Origin: a virus
Lineage: Duplodnaviria; Heunggongvirae; Uroviricota; Caudoviricetes
Reading direction: 5' to 3' (one strand)
Virus record (IMG/VR): IMGVR_UViG_3300046542_000259
DNA: 64,000 bases
Shown: piece after piece, positions 36,965-46,889 of the stretch
How the letters are laid out: each line of letters starts with the position of its first letter
How positions within the stretch are numbered: the first letter of the stretch is position 1
Made by a program: the position numbers and the translations under genes
The notes under the pieces: generated by a model
The model's database searches: none
Seen by the model: only the letters and a program-made list of their open reading frames with translations
What the model was told of the DNA's origin: nothing

Positions 36965-38812
36965 TTAAACGGAGACGTTAGTAACATCGCTCCAACGGTC
37001 GATCTGGAACATTGTGCCGGTTGAGCCGTCGCGGAACGCCATGAATTCAAGGGGTTCAACAACGTCTTGGTCGATACCAGATGGGGCAATCGTGTCGCTT
37101 GAGAACTTAACAGCTGGGAGGGTATACTTGTAAGTATTGCCATCAATGTCTGTAAATTTAAAAGCTAGTGACGTAGTTTCGTGGTTGATGAAGTCGTCAT
37201 AGAGCGTACCGTTTTCGAAGTAAGCCGTAACAGTTCCGGTTAGGTTGAAACGTCCAGTACCGATACCACGGGCAAACTTAGAACCAACAGCTGGTTGCTG
37301 ACGAAGCGTAGCATCACCCTCGATTGAAATTGACTGAAGCGCTGAAGCGAGTTCAACACCGTCTTTTTCAATTGAACCAACGTTAGTGGTTGAGTTCATG
37401 ACTTCAGTACCAGTGGTACGAAGTGGGGTAAATGGTGAAGCGCCAAGCTTAGTCGTATTAGTGATCTGACGCTTGGTTTCTTTACCTTCGAACGTGTAAG
37501 TTCCTGTAACGATAGCACCAGTGCTAACATCCATAGAGAATGAACCGACACGGAGACCGTTGTGGACAAAGAACTGATTCACGTCGTTAAACGCTGTTTC
37601 AGCGGTAAAGCTCTGAGCCACGATTTGCTGGTGCGGCAATGAGCCTGTACCATCAGGGTTACGAAGCATTGAGCCCTTAATCGTTACGGCAAGGGTAGAA
37701 CCGTTTGCATCCGTTGCAGGAGCGGGCGAAACTGTGAGAACGTCGTCAGTTACGGCGAGGATTTTAAAGAAGCCACCAGAACCCGCAATACCACCGGCAA
37801 AGTTAGATACAGTTCCGTTCGTTGAAACTTTAGAAAGTGTTCCACCGGAACGCTGAAGGTTGGTAACGGTTACGGTTGTGGTTGACGAAGTAGCTTTAAC
37901 TTTAAGTCTACCGTCTACGCGAGCCGCGTTGATCGCAGCAGCGAGATTGGTAGCTGTGATAGTGCCGGAGCCTCCAAGAGTAACACTCTGATTACCGAAA
38001 GTAACACCAGTACCGCTATCTAATTCAAAGATTACAGAATTAACGCCGTCATATACCGTGAACGTGTCGTTGTCAGCCGCGTTAGTCGCAAATCCGAATG
38101 TGCCTGTTTCACGGCCTGAAGCATTATCTACATAAATGTTCTGACCCGATACGAGGTTTCCAGCTGCGATGGCAGAAGCGAAAGCATTTGTACCATTTGA
38201 ATCGATTGTAGCAGCGCTGCCAGTTCCGAACCGAATAGTAGTGTTATTAAGAATAACGACATCGTTGGCATCTTGCACCTTTGTATAAGCGGAACCTGCT
38301 TCAACTACAGCAGTGGCAGTTGTTACAGTAACTTGAGTAACACCGCTGGCGAAAGCAAGTGAAGCGACTTCTACGTATTTGTTATTTAGCGGGTTAGCAA
38401 AACCAGTTGTCTTGAGGCGGCGACCCACGACGAAGTAATCACGATAATCGCCACCAGCAATATCGATGCGACTCGTAGTGCCCCATGAAACGTTAGTCCC
38501 CTTGAAGTAATCAAACTCCATTGGTCTGGTCCAAAGGCCGAGCAAGAAGGCTTGCATCAGAATGTCATGCGAACCGGCGCTAAATTCGTAATTAATATCG
38601 CCAGTGGTTGAGGCAGCAACTTCAACGACCGAACTAACCATACGGTCGGAACGGAGTTCGTCAGAAACTACAGTTTCTTTTTCAGCTGCTAGGGATGAGG
38701 ACGTGATACGAATTTCACGTGTCTTACCGGATGTTGGGCTTACGCCCCACGTTAGATTATTCTCTTGAATAAGTCTAATACCGGCGCGGTTGCTATCAGA
38801 AAAGTTAGCCAC
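36965..38812 (-). CDS. Major tail tube protein with internal extra domains
   Basis: SDELRSDR, GDINYEFS, F.G..V.SFS...TG.IVTG, GTVTAYFEN, Y...LPAVK; GTG start with GGAG RBS. Confidence 0.85.
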   Translation of the reverse strand: MANFSDSNRAGIRLIQENNLTWGVSPTSGKTREIRITSSSLAAEKETVVSDELRSDRMVSSVVEVAASTTGDINYEFSAGSHDILMQAFLLGLWTRPMEFDYFKGTNVSWGTTSRIDIAGGDYRDYFVVGRRLKTTGFANPLNNKYVEVASLAFASGVTQVTVTTATAVVEAGSAYTKVQDANDVVILNNTTIRFGTGSAATIDSNGTNAFASAIAAGNLVSGQNIYVDNASGRETGTFGFATNAADNDTFTVYDGVNSVIFELDSGTGVTFGNQSVTLGGSGTITATNLAAAINAARVDGRLKVKATSSTTTVTVTNLQRSGGTLSKVSTNGTVSNFAGGIAGSGGFFKILAVTDDVLTVSPAPATDANGSTLAVTIKGSMLRNPDGTGSLPHQQIVAQSFTAETAFNDVNQFFVHNGLRVGSFSMDVSTGAIVTGTYTFEGKETKRQITNTTKLGASPFTPLRTTGTEVMNSTTNVGSIEKDGVELASALQSISIEGDATLRQQPAVGSKFARGIGTGRFNLTGTVTAYFENGTLYDDFINHETTSLAFKFTDIDGNTYKYTLPAVKFSSDTIAPSGIDQDVVEPLEFMAFRDGSTGTMFQIDRWSDVTNVSV

Positions 38813-38878
38813 TAGTTAAATCTCCAAATTATTTTAATTGGGCTTCTTGAGTGGCCCATTAACTTTTAGTGTTTGAGC

Positions 38879-38907
38879 ATAATACTACATTTATTAAAAA
38901 AAGTCAA
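38879..38907 (-). promoter_or_regulatory. Sigma70-type promoter for tail operon
   Basis: TTGACT-17 nt-TATTAT. Confidence 0.65.
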
Positions 38908-38918
38908 GTAAAAAGTGA

Positions 38919-38971
38919 TTAGTCCAGAATTTTAAATCACTTAATAAAAATGATTTAAAATTCTGGACTAA
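38919..38971 (-). terminator. 21-bp perfect hairpin (terminator) just upstream of the promoter
   Basis: TTAGTCCAGAATTTTAAATCA-11 nt-TGATTTAAAATTCTGGACTAA. Confidence 0.75.
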
Positions 38972-39000
38972 ATAAGCGGTTTAATAAGCGAGGATAGAGG

Positions 39001-40707
39001 TTAGGTTATAGCGATATTCTTTTTAGTCAGAGTTAAGCCGCCGCCTGTTTGATCAGAAAAAGCTACTAGGGTTCCTTCGGCCCTTCCGTCTAAGACCGAT
39101 AAATGGGCGTAGGTTAAGGTTACAGAAGTAACTCCGGCTGTGGCATAAGCAAAAGCGGCATTAGGCACGTTACCGCCCGTCAATAGACAGTCGATGGTTG
39201 CTCTAATAGCGGTTAATTTAGTGCCGGTGGCACAGTTAAAACTTTTTGCTGTGCTAGGCTTAATCGTGGAATCGTAAATCCGCCACTCATCATTAGCACC
39301 GAGACTCATATTTACTGGATTGGTGATTACACAGTTATGGAATTGATGGTATCCTCCTGAAGAAGGTGATGAAGGCCATCCGCCTGTGGTCTTACCCCAA
39401 TCTAGACGGCATCCAATGTACTCATCATCTATAGTGGTTTCATATTTAATATAGAAGCCATCTACATTAAATGCTCGGAACTTATGGGCTCCCGCACCTT
39501 GTTTAGAGAAGAATCTGAAAGTTACCAGTTCGTTAACATAACTACCAGCTAATGCACCAGAAATTCTGTTCCGGTGACGGACATTCTGCACCACAGTTTC
39601 ACTATCTCTATAGGCATATACATCGTAAGTGATACCAATATTTTCATCCGTATCAAGGCCATCGATAGTCACATTAGTGCCACGAATCTGGACCGAGGCT
39701 GTGCCACCAAGAGCGGTTTGGAAATCATCATTATGAATATTAATGACGCGGATGTTTTCGAATCTAGCTCCATCAGAATACGGGTGAGTATCCCAAGCCG
39801 CTGCGGTGCAAGAAACAGCTACACCAGAGATAGTCATATCTAATGCCACACCAGCGTTTAGATCTTGACCGTTCCACATACCGTCAGTATAAGCATGACG
39901 AACACTTTCGGCGTGAACAAAAACTCTACCACCTTTACAAGCACCGTAAGCAACAACACCATATCCTAGATTTTGTGGATTGGAGTTTGGGTCGTCCTTC
40001 AAGTTTTTGGTCTTAACGGTGTAATTACCAAGATAGCAGGAGCGGAGGAAGAGACCGACGTGACAATTTCCGTCAATGACCACATCAACAGTTGGATCGA
40101 CACAATAATCAAGTTGAATAACGTTCCTTTTGGTGATCTGATCCCCAGCAAACGATCCTTTAATAGAGCATTTATTTTGATCTACTTTATAAACCGTGCC
40201 ACTCGTCATGGCATCTCTAATTCTACCTTCTAGATAGATCGTGGTTCCAGATACTTTTAATACTCTAAAGTATTCTGCCACGTATACTGGATTGCCAGTG
40301 CTATCGTTGGCATAGAAGGCTGTACTATCCTTAATGTACAAAACATCCTTAGCAGCTATATTAGAATTACTAGCCACAGTTATGGTAGATACATAAGCTC
40401 CAGTGGATGTAGGATACCTAACTAACGAAGTTGCGGAGAATGTAGTAATCTGCTGGTAAGTGTTTGTAACTTTGACGCCCTCTGTTCCAGTAAATACAAT
40501 ACTTCCTTTACCTTCAGTTCTGATGTCACACCAACCAGAAACATTTAAGCCGCTAGATAAAACTAGGGGGTCTTGAATTACTAGTGGGATTTTCTTAGCC
40601 GACATCGCAGCTAAAGCGGCTGATAAATCATCGCCGCTGAAGAAATCAATTTTCCCCGTTAAATTACTTAACAAGTCTTTTGCATTTATAACTGGAACTA
40701 CGGCCAT
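39001..40707 (-). CDS. Right-handed beta-helix spike/depolymerase-like protein
   Basis: GDDLSAALAA entry; EYFRV...G.TIYL insertion; YGV..YG, RHAY, WDTH beta-helix rungs. Confidence 0.72.
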   Translation of the reverse strand: MAVVPVINAKDLLSNLTGKIDFFSGDDLSAALAAMSAKKIPLVIQDPLVLSSGLNVSGWCDIRTEGKGSIVFTGTEGVKVTNTYQQITTFSATSLVRYPTSTGAYVSTITVASNSNIAAKDVLYIKDSTAFYANDSTGNPVYVAEYFRVLKVSGTTIYLEGRIRDAMTSGTVYKVDQNKCSIKGSFAGDQITKRNVIQLDYCVDPTVDVVIDGNCHVGLFLRSCYLGNYTVKTKNLKDDPNSNPQNLGYGVVAYGACKGGRVFVHAESVRHAYTDGMWNGQDLNAGVALDMTISGVAVSCTAAAWDTHPYSDGARFENIRVINIHNDDFQTALGGTASVQIRGTNVTIDGLDTDENIGITYDVYAYRDSETVVQNVRHRNRISGALAGSYVNELVTFRFFSKQGAGAHKFRAFNVDGFYIKYETTIDDEYIGCRLDWGKTTGGWPSSPSSGGYHQFHNCVITNPVNMSLGANDEWRIYDSTIKPSTAKSFNCATGTKLTAIRATIDCLLTGGNVPNAAFAYATAGVTSVTLTYAHLSVLDGRAEGTLVAFSDQTGGGLTLTKKNIAIT

Positions 40708-40709
40708 GT

Positions 40710-40913
40710 TTAAATTTCCTGAATTACATAATTACCTTCATCATCGATGAGGTAATTTGGAGGAGTGGAATCGTCAATGACATAGGCGTAACCAGCGGGG
40801 AGCGATCCAATGGGTGGATCAATGGACCATGATCCACCGCGACTCCTACCACCGCCTTTTGCTGTTGGTGCAGTTTTAAAAGATTTTTTACCAAAAGGAT
40901 ATGAAATTACCAT
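40710..40913 (-). CDS. Small protein MVISYPFGK... with C-terminal DD-Y motif
   Basis: 67-aa ORF coupled to flanking genes. Confidence 0.7.
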   Translation of the reverse strand: MVISYPFGKKSFKTAPTAKGGGRSRGGSWSIDPPIGSLPAGYAYVIDDSTPPNYLIDDEGNYVIQEI

Positions 40914-40917
40914 TTTA

Positions 40918-41355
40918 TTAACTTCTTAGGATTTGCTCATCACGCCTAAATGGGATTCGAACCACGACACGATCCGCGCCTCGCTCCATACCAACGACTA
41001 AATGACTTGGTGTTCTAAAAATTAAAGTCCCCGCATTTAGGGTAGGGATACTTTGGCGACGATAAATTTTACCTAAAAAATCGGAAACATTGTTTTGTTT
41101 CATTGTTCCGCTATCTAGTGGAGTAATGACATCGAACTGAAGTATACCGACGTGCCGATCAATTTCTCTCGTTTTAGCTAATTGGGCTTGATCCGAGTCG
41201 CCATGAATGATAGAGATTTTAATATATGTTTTATTATCTGGTGTTTCGAAAGGCTGATTCGGGAACTGAATCGGCACGTCTGGAAACGTAGTAGTGAATC
41301 CAGATGTAGCGAGTTTTTGAGTAATGGCTTGGCGTACTTCATCTAGTGCTGACAT
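40918..41355 (-). CDS. Tail terminator protein
   Basis: I..PNQPF..P, G.L..DV.TP..SG, V.IPF motifs; position. Confidence 0.8.
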   Translation of the reverse strand: MSALDEVRQAITQKLATSGFTTTFPDVPIQFPNQPFETPDNKTYIKISIIHGDSDQAQLAKTREIDRHVGILQFDVITPLDSGTMKQNNVSDFLGKIYRRQSIPTLNAGTLIFRTPSHLVVGMERGADRVVVRIPFRRDEQILRS

Positions 41356-41366
41356 TTATTAATTCC

Positions 41367-43418
41367 TCAGTTCGCGACCCAATCAGTACCGTTCCAACGC
41401 AGCCTCAATGTTCTGCCGATAGCAATAGTTTCATTGGTTCCGATATTGATGCGGTTCGCACCGGTAGTGACTTGTAACGTATTGGTGGAAGCGGCAAGAT
41501 TTCTGATGATCATTTCTTGACCAAAAAATAATCCAGCCGATATGTTATTGATCGCGATTGAGGCAGCACTTGTTGTGACATCAACGTTAATCACTGGTGA
41601 CATTCTATGATCAATGTCTAGTGTTTGTGTCGTTCCACTGCTATAGGTTACAGCTATGGTTGAGCGAGCCGCTGATCGTAGATCATTAGTGATAGTTCTA
41701 ACTTCATAATCAACGCCATAAACCGGCGAACCACTTCCAGCAATAATTCCATCCACGTTTGACGGGGTTCTATTCGCGATAATGTTTTTGACATAAGCCG
41801 TGGCTGAAACGTTGACGAATTGTACCAGTGCGGTCCAAGTACTAACTACAGCATTAATTCTCAGACCATCAATAAGTAGTACGGCGGATGAAGAAGTCAT
41901 TCTTCCCGTTCTTAATTGTGTTCCAGTTGTGCCGGTATAATCAAGTTCGCCGCCTCTAACAATCATCGTGGCTGTGGCGTTAACTTCGAAAATACGGGCC
42001 ACAGCTGCGCCGGTTTGCGCCGCTTTGATCCATGGTTCGATGATTGTCATTTCCCCATTTGTAGCCTCAAAAGAAGGAGTGGAACCAGAAGTTTGAATCA
42101 CACTAGGTCTAGTAATTCTAATACCAGTGACTTGGCCCCCGGATTGACCCACGATTTGAAAACCAGCTAGATCGCCATTAGCGCCCCCGGTTTGATTTGG
42201 GTTAGCCACGTGTTTACAATTAATGGCTTCGTGATCGCGTGAGTTATCTGGACTACCATAATCGGTGAAGAAATTGTACCCAATACCACCGACTGAGACG
42301 CAATCAATAGCTCTAGTTCTACGTCCTCTAAAGCCGTAGTTGACAGGATTTCCGTTTTCGCCAGAATATGCGTATTCAGCGAAACAGCCAATGAATGTCA
42401 CGTCATCAGCGTCGGAATGGGTTTCGAACGCAGCTGTTTTGCAATTAAAGCCTCTACCGCCAATTACTACCGTACCATAAGTTCCACCATAATTTTCAAC
42501 AAATGCGGAACCGTTATCAGCACCTAGGGCAGAGCAGGAATACACGTGGCGAACATCAAATCCTGTAGGATTATAATGTCTACCTTGATGACAGCCGACT
42601 TCGTGAATGAGATATCCGAACGCGTCGTATGTGACGCTTGTTCTAATATTTTTACCACTTAGATCGTATGTCGTCGGTTCATAGCAGGAGACCAATCGAA
42701 CAAAACGTTCCACCAGATTAGAGACCTTAATATTTTCAAGACTTGGTTGATAAAATCCGATAACGTCGATATAAGACTTTGACCAAGTAGGGTCAGGAGA
42801 AGTCTGCCCTATAATTTCACAATTCTTAAATGAGAAGCGCTGACTTTCGTTGTGGATAGAAACGCGGGGAGATGTTGTATAACTCCGTCTAAGGCGAGAA
42901 AATAATTGAATTTTTTTATTGGGTACATCTATGGCTGAGACTCGGGCAAACTCCGCAATCTTTTGATTGTCGGCAGGGTCTGCACCAGAAATAATGTCGT
43001 CGGAAAAAATTTTAACCAGAGCACCTACGGCGTAACCCGTAATACTAGAAACGGTTAGTGTAGTGACTTCGTTAGCCAGAGCTACAGTGCCATTAGATAA
43101 ATCAGCTGTGGTCGTATTGTCAATAAGTGTAATATTTGTTGTATTCGTATATGAAGCTTTAGCTGCTAGGAGTTGGGTGTCGCCAGCAATTTTAATCTTA
43201 CATCCTTGACCGTCGAAAATAACATCTTTGTTTGTTTGGGTATGAGACGTGGTAATAAGATAAGTAGCATCCGCTCTTCCTTTGAAGGGAATACCTTTGG
43301 ACAGGGCAAGATCAAACGCAGCGTCATCCGGGGTTACACCATCGCCTTTAGCTCCGCAAGCTTCTAGGCTGACGTAACCAATTAAACTATCAATATGGAT
43401 TGTAGGGACGCTAGCCAT
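41367..43418 (-). CDS. Right-handed beta-helix spike/depolymerase-like protein (pectate lyase 3-like)
   Basis: GAKGDGVTPDDAAF entry; GYLI, RHVY, FETH rungs; C-terminal beta-sandwich. Confidence 0.8.
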   Translation of the reverse strand: MASVPTIHIDSLIGYVSLEACGAKGDGVTPDDAAFDLALSKGIPFKGRADATYLITTSHTQTNKDVIFDGQGCKIKIAGDTQLLAAKASYTNTTNITLIDNTTTADLSNGTVALANEVTTLTVSSITGYAVGALVKIFSDDIISGADPADNQKIAEFARVSAIDVPNKKIQLFSRLRRSYTTSPRVSIHNESQRFSFKNCEIIGQTSPDPTWSKSYIDVIGFYQPSLENIKVSNLVERFVRLVSCYEPTTYDLSGKNIRTSVTYDAFGYLIHEVGCHQGRHYNPTGFDVRHVYSCSALGADNGSAFVENYGGTYGTVVIGGRGFNCKTAAFETHSDADDVTFIGCFAEYAYSGENGNPVNYGFRGRRTRAIDCVSVGGIGYNFFTDYGSPDNSRDHEAINCKHVANPNQTGGANGDLAGFQIVGQSGGQVTGIRITRPSVIQTSGSTPSFEATNGEMTIIEPWIKAAQTGAAVARIFEVNATATMIVRGGELDYTGTTGTQLRTGRMTSSSAVLLIDGLRINAVVSTWTALVQFVNVSATAYVKNIIANRTPSNVDGIIAGSGSPVYGVDYEVRTITNDLRSAARSTIAVTYSSGTTQTLDIDHRMSPVINVDVTTSAASIAINNISAGLFFGQEMIIRNLAASTNTLQVTTGANRINIGTNETIAIGRTLRLRWNGTDWVAN

Positions 43419-43439
43419 AATAAATATACCTTAAATAAA

Positions 43440-43494
43440 ATAATCCCCAATTATACCATACTTTTCTAAAAAGTCAAGTATAATTGAGGATTAT
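43440..43494 (-). terminator. 17-bp hairpin terminator with a promoter (TTGACT-16-TATAAT, 43450-43477) spanning its loop
   Basis: Arms 43440-43456 and 43478-43494 (one G-U in - strand RNA), followed by TTTATTT. Confidence 0.7.
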
Positions 43495-43512
43495 CCAGTT
43501 TTTTGAGCCCCG

Positions 43513-43566
43513 TTTAATTTACTTAACAATTGTTCCATCGTAATTCCAAACATACCGCTTGGACTA
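43513..43566. repeat. 54-bp direct repeat, copy A (orphan 3' end of neck gene)
   Basis: 53/54 identical to 45648-45701; reads SPSGMFGITMEQLLSKLN-GAQKTG-stop on - strand. Confidence 0.95.
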
Positions 43567-43577
43567 AGGTTTTCTCG

Positions 43578-45563
43578 TTAAGCTAAATCGTTAGTTCCAG
43601 TTACGGTAGGTGCTACGGCCATACCACTAACATCGTATGCCACGGTATAACCAGTTCCTAGATTTCTATCTATAATCAGCTTGTTCGGAGCTGAGCTATT
43701 TGATTGTTCAAGTTTAATAGGAGCTGTTCCGTTTACAGTTCGTAGACTGTTTTCATAAATTGTATTCTGATGGATCGTGCCAATATTAAAGTTGAAAGTT
43801 GAACCAGCATTGGTTCTTAAACGAATAGCAGACGTAGTTGTGCCTAGTCTCGTGTGGTTATATATTTGATTGTTTGCTATCTGTAATTCTCTAATACTCA
43901 AAGTGCTGCTGCCAGCGACCTCGACAAGAATGGCTTCTAGTGGACAACTGTTAATTATGTTTCTGGATATATTAAGGACGCCAAGAGTTCTATTACGTGC
44001 TATCTGGACAAAAATAGCTGAGTTCGAATTGCCACCAGCACTGTTTAAATCATTATCCGTAATACTAATTTCTTGAGTACCAAACGTCGATACATAGATA
44101 AAAGGGCACCGACCAACATTGGACAATCGATTTCTACGGCATCTTACATCTTCAGCCGCAATGTAAATACATTGAAGGGATGATACAATTGTGGCCATGT
44201 TAACATTATCACCTTCAGTATCTTCTACCGTGACATGCCCATTATTATTTATCTGAACCGCAACGGCATACGTGTCAGTATTCTTAATTTTATTCCTAGC
44301 GACGATCTTAGTATTTTCATTGCCATCAGAAAGGCTAATAGCACCAACGGTCATGCCGATACTACCATCAGCCATTTTACCGTCTAGAATATTGTCATGC
44401 ACATGAGCATCGCCGGGGATGTAAACACCGCCATTAGTAGTCACTGTGTCTAGGACGTTGAAACCGGCTGCTTGGCCTTCAATGCCGATTTCATAAATTT
44501 GCCTGAATGTGTTATTATGAACGTGAGCATCGGTGTAGTGGAATTCTACGCCACTGCCTTTAATATTTTCATGTTCATTAAAAGCATACTCAAGTAGGTC
44601 GCCGTTTAATGATGGATTGGTACGTACATAAATACCACCTACAGTAGCGCCATTTCTATCCGCCGCTGCTGTTCCAGTTCCGGCAGTTCCGCCGAATCCT
44701 AAATTTTTAAATTTATTACCAATGAGAGTACGTCTCTTAACATCGTTACAAAAAACGCCGGAGTGTGGGAAATTGTTAAATTCACAATCAGTCACTTCTA
44801 TGTCAAGGCATCCTACAAATTTTACGCCAAAGAGCGTTTTCGTAGTTGAAAGAATTCCAGAGGTGTAGCCACCATCAAAAACAATACCAGATATTTTAGA
44901 CCATTCCGCAAAACTAGAAGGGTCTAAAATTCTGTCTTGAATTCGATTACCAAAACTTGTGGTCTGCGCCACAGGGTTAGTAGGGGCTACGGCATACGTG
45001 CCGGGAGACCCAACCGTGACAGTGGTAATGGCCCCATAAGCCGTGCCACTAATTGCTGATACAATAAGTTGACCACCTGTAATGTTTATAGCATCTCCGA
45101 CGTTGTAACCCGTTCCTCCTGAAGCCACAGTTGCGGATACAATGCTTAGGTTAGGTGCAGAGCCAGTCATCACCAAATTGAACGTAGCTCCTGTACCTGA
45201 AGCCATACGTCCAGTTTGTGTTCCATATCGTTGGGCCGTGGTTCTGTTACCTAGATTTAACAATCCTCCACCTACGCTAGGGAATGTGGGATTATTTGGA
45301 TAGTTAGTGCCAAGTCCTTGAAATTTGGAGGCTCCTTTTATACCGTGGATATGTATGTTTTGTGGTAAGGTAATATTTGCAGCCACATCAATACCGTATT
45401 CGCCGGGAGGAATAAAAAGAGAATGATCACCAGCATCGTATACTGAATTAATTGCGTTTTGAATCGCAACAGATTTATCAGTTCCGCCTTTATGAATGGC
45501 AAAATCAGATAATGAAGGACTGGCAATGGCAGTCGATAATTTAATTGTATTGACGCGTGCCAT
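43578..45563 (-). CDS. Right-handed beta-helix spike/depolymerase-like protein (pectate lyase 3-like)
   Basis: GGTDKSVAIQNAI...LFIPPGEY entry; Asn ladder; Gly/Thr-rich insertion. Confidence 0.8.
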   Translation of the reverse strand: MARVNTIKLSTAIASPSLSDFAIHKGGTDKSVAIQNAINSVYDAGDHSLFIPPGEYGIDVAANITLPQNIHIHGIKGASKFQGLGTNYPNNPTFPSVGGGLLNLGNRTTAQRYGTQTGRMASGTGATFNLVMTGSAPNLSIVSATVASGGTGYNVGDAINITGGQLIVSAISGTAYGAITTVTVGSPGTYAVAPTNPVAQTTSFGNRIQDRILDPSSFAEWSKISGIVFDGGYTSGILSTTKTLFGVKFVGCLDIEVTDCEFNNFPHSGVFCNDVKRRTLIGNKFKNLGFGGTAGTGTAAADRNGATVGGIYVRTNPSLNGDLLEYAFNEHENIKGSGVEFHYTDAHVHNNTFRQIYEIGIEGQAAGFNVLDTVTTNGGVYIPGDAHVHDNILDGKMADGSIGMTVGAISLSDGNENTKIVARNKIKNTDTYAVAVQINNNGHVTVEDTEGDNVNMATIVSSLQCIYIAAEDVRCRRNRLSNVGRCPFIYVSTFGTQEISITDNDLNSAGGNSNSAIFVQIARNRTLGVLNISRNIINSCPLEAILVEVAGSSTLSIRELQIANNQIYNHTRLGTTTSAIRLRTNAGSTFNFNIGTIHQNTIYENSLRTVNGTAPIKLEQSNSSAPNKLIIDRNLGTGYTVAYDVSGMAVAPTVTGTNDLA

Positions 45564-45597
45564 AACAAACCCTTAGTAGAAAAATTGAATATCGTGT

Positions 45598-45625
45598 ATT
45601 ATACCACGATATTTAAAAAAGTCAA
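45598..45625 (-). promoter_or_regulatory. Sigma70-type promoter of the repeat-flanked cassette
   Basis: TTGACT-16 nt-TATAAT with TGG. Confidence 0.75.
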
Positions 45626-45631
45626 GTTTTA

Positions 45632-46114
45632 TCAGAGTGATCCGCTATTTAATTTACTTAACAATTGTTCCATCGTGATTCCAAACATACCGCTTGGACT
45701 ACGAGACTTAAACGGAGCGCCGGGAAGTTCTCCTACTTCAAGACCAGCCACACTATCTGTGTTGTTAGAAATGAAAATTTTAACGAATGGTTTGTTGGGA
45801 TCAATCTTTAAATTAGTTAATGATCCTTCAGCCGCTTTTTCATTCGCGCCACGACGTGGCTCAAGCCCTAATGGCATATTATTAGTTTGACCGATGGGCC
45901 CCGATTCGATAGGGCTGTAAACCGCGCCAGAAGGTGCATTCATGGTGAGGATGTAATTTCTCACCGTAGTGCCTTCGTGAACCGGCGTTTTAGACATTAA
46001 TTGCTTATGGCTATATCTTGCAGCCGTGTCGAGGCGCTTCGCGAAATCCTTTTTCCATTTCGGGAAGTACGCCTCTAGCTGTTTCGTAAATTGGACAGAA
46101 TTGGATTTAAACAT
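45632..46114 (-). CDS. Neck / tail-completion protein (HK97 gp10-like)
   Basis: TPVHEGT.VRNY, IFISNN, LE.G, SP.GMFGIT; position among joining genes. Confidence 0.7.
   Translation of the reverse strand: MFKSNSVQFTKQLEAYFPKWKKDFAKRLDTAARYSHKQLMSKTPVHEGTTVRNYILTMNAPSGAVYSPIESGPIGQTNNMPLGLEPRRGANEKAAEGSLTNLKIDPNKPFVKIFISNNTDSVAGLEVGELPGAPFKSRSPSGMFGITMEQLLSKLNSGSL
45648..45701. repeat. 54-bp direct repeat, copy B (within neck gene 3' end)
   Basis: One synonymous difference from copy A. Confidence 0.95.
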
Positions 46115-46888
46115 TTATAATTCTACAGGTAGCGGTGGAGGACTGGTAATACGCCCTGATAAATCAGTTTTACCTACCGAAAGGTTTGCGACACGAACCT
46201 TAAAAGTTTCAGTAGTCTCATATCTATAAATACCTACTTTCCAATAAGGCCCAACCACGTCTTGGTATCCCATGGGAAAGTTTGTCGCGTTAACAATTTG
46301 GTTCTCATTTAACCAAACACTTAACTCAGCCGCTGTGGGAGAAAATATAAAACGTGCAACAAACCGATACCATTGGTTTAAATTGAAAGGCCCTGATTGA
46401 TAGTGAGTCGTAGGATTCACTGTATCAACCAAAGGGTCTTGCGTTGTCCCGTAAGTTCTAATTCTCCAACCAGTATCAACCAGTTCAAGTTTATAAATTG
46501 GTTGGGCCGTCACATCATCAGGATCAGGTGTGGCGTGCCATTGTCCTAGATATAACCATTGAGCATTGGTTGGTGCTCCAAGTAATTTAAAATCGTAAGC
46601 TACCCAATATGTCTCTCCAAAATTAGCAGTCTCAACTTTGGAGATTTCTGCTCTCTCATACGGTCGAGACAGTGAAGCATCGGTGGCCCATTTATCCCCT
46701 GATCTAACCTCAAACAAGAAATCATTGTCTTGGGCGTTTCTTTGAATGTTCCAACTATTCTCAGCTGTGCTAAGGATATAATTGTTTTCCTCTATCGCAG
46801 GAGTAAAGGAGTAATTAATTGTTTGAAAATTAGGAATAGGAGTTGGCTTTACGTACAATCTATTTCTTAATCTGACGAAATTACTCAT
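46115..46888 (-). CDS. Polysaccharide lyase-like (heparin lyase fold) protein
   Basis: FEVRSGD, ERAE, LGQWH, L.VWLN, YWKVGIYR. Confidence 0.8.
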   Translation of the reverse strand: MSNFVRLRNRLYVKPTPIPNFQTINYSFTPAIEENNYILSTAENSWNIQRNAQDNDFLFEVRSGDKWATDASLSRPYERAEISKVETANFGETYWVAYDFKLLGAPTNAQWLYLGQWHATPDPDDVTAQPIYKLELVDTGWRIRTYGTTQDPLVDTVNPTTHYQSGPFNLNQWYRFVARFIFSPTAAELSVWLNENQIVNATNFPMGYQDVVGPYWKVGIYRYETTETFKVRVANLSVGKTDLSGRITSPPPLPVEL

Positions 46889-46889
46889 A

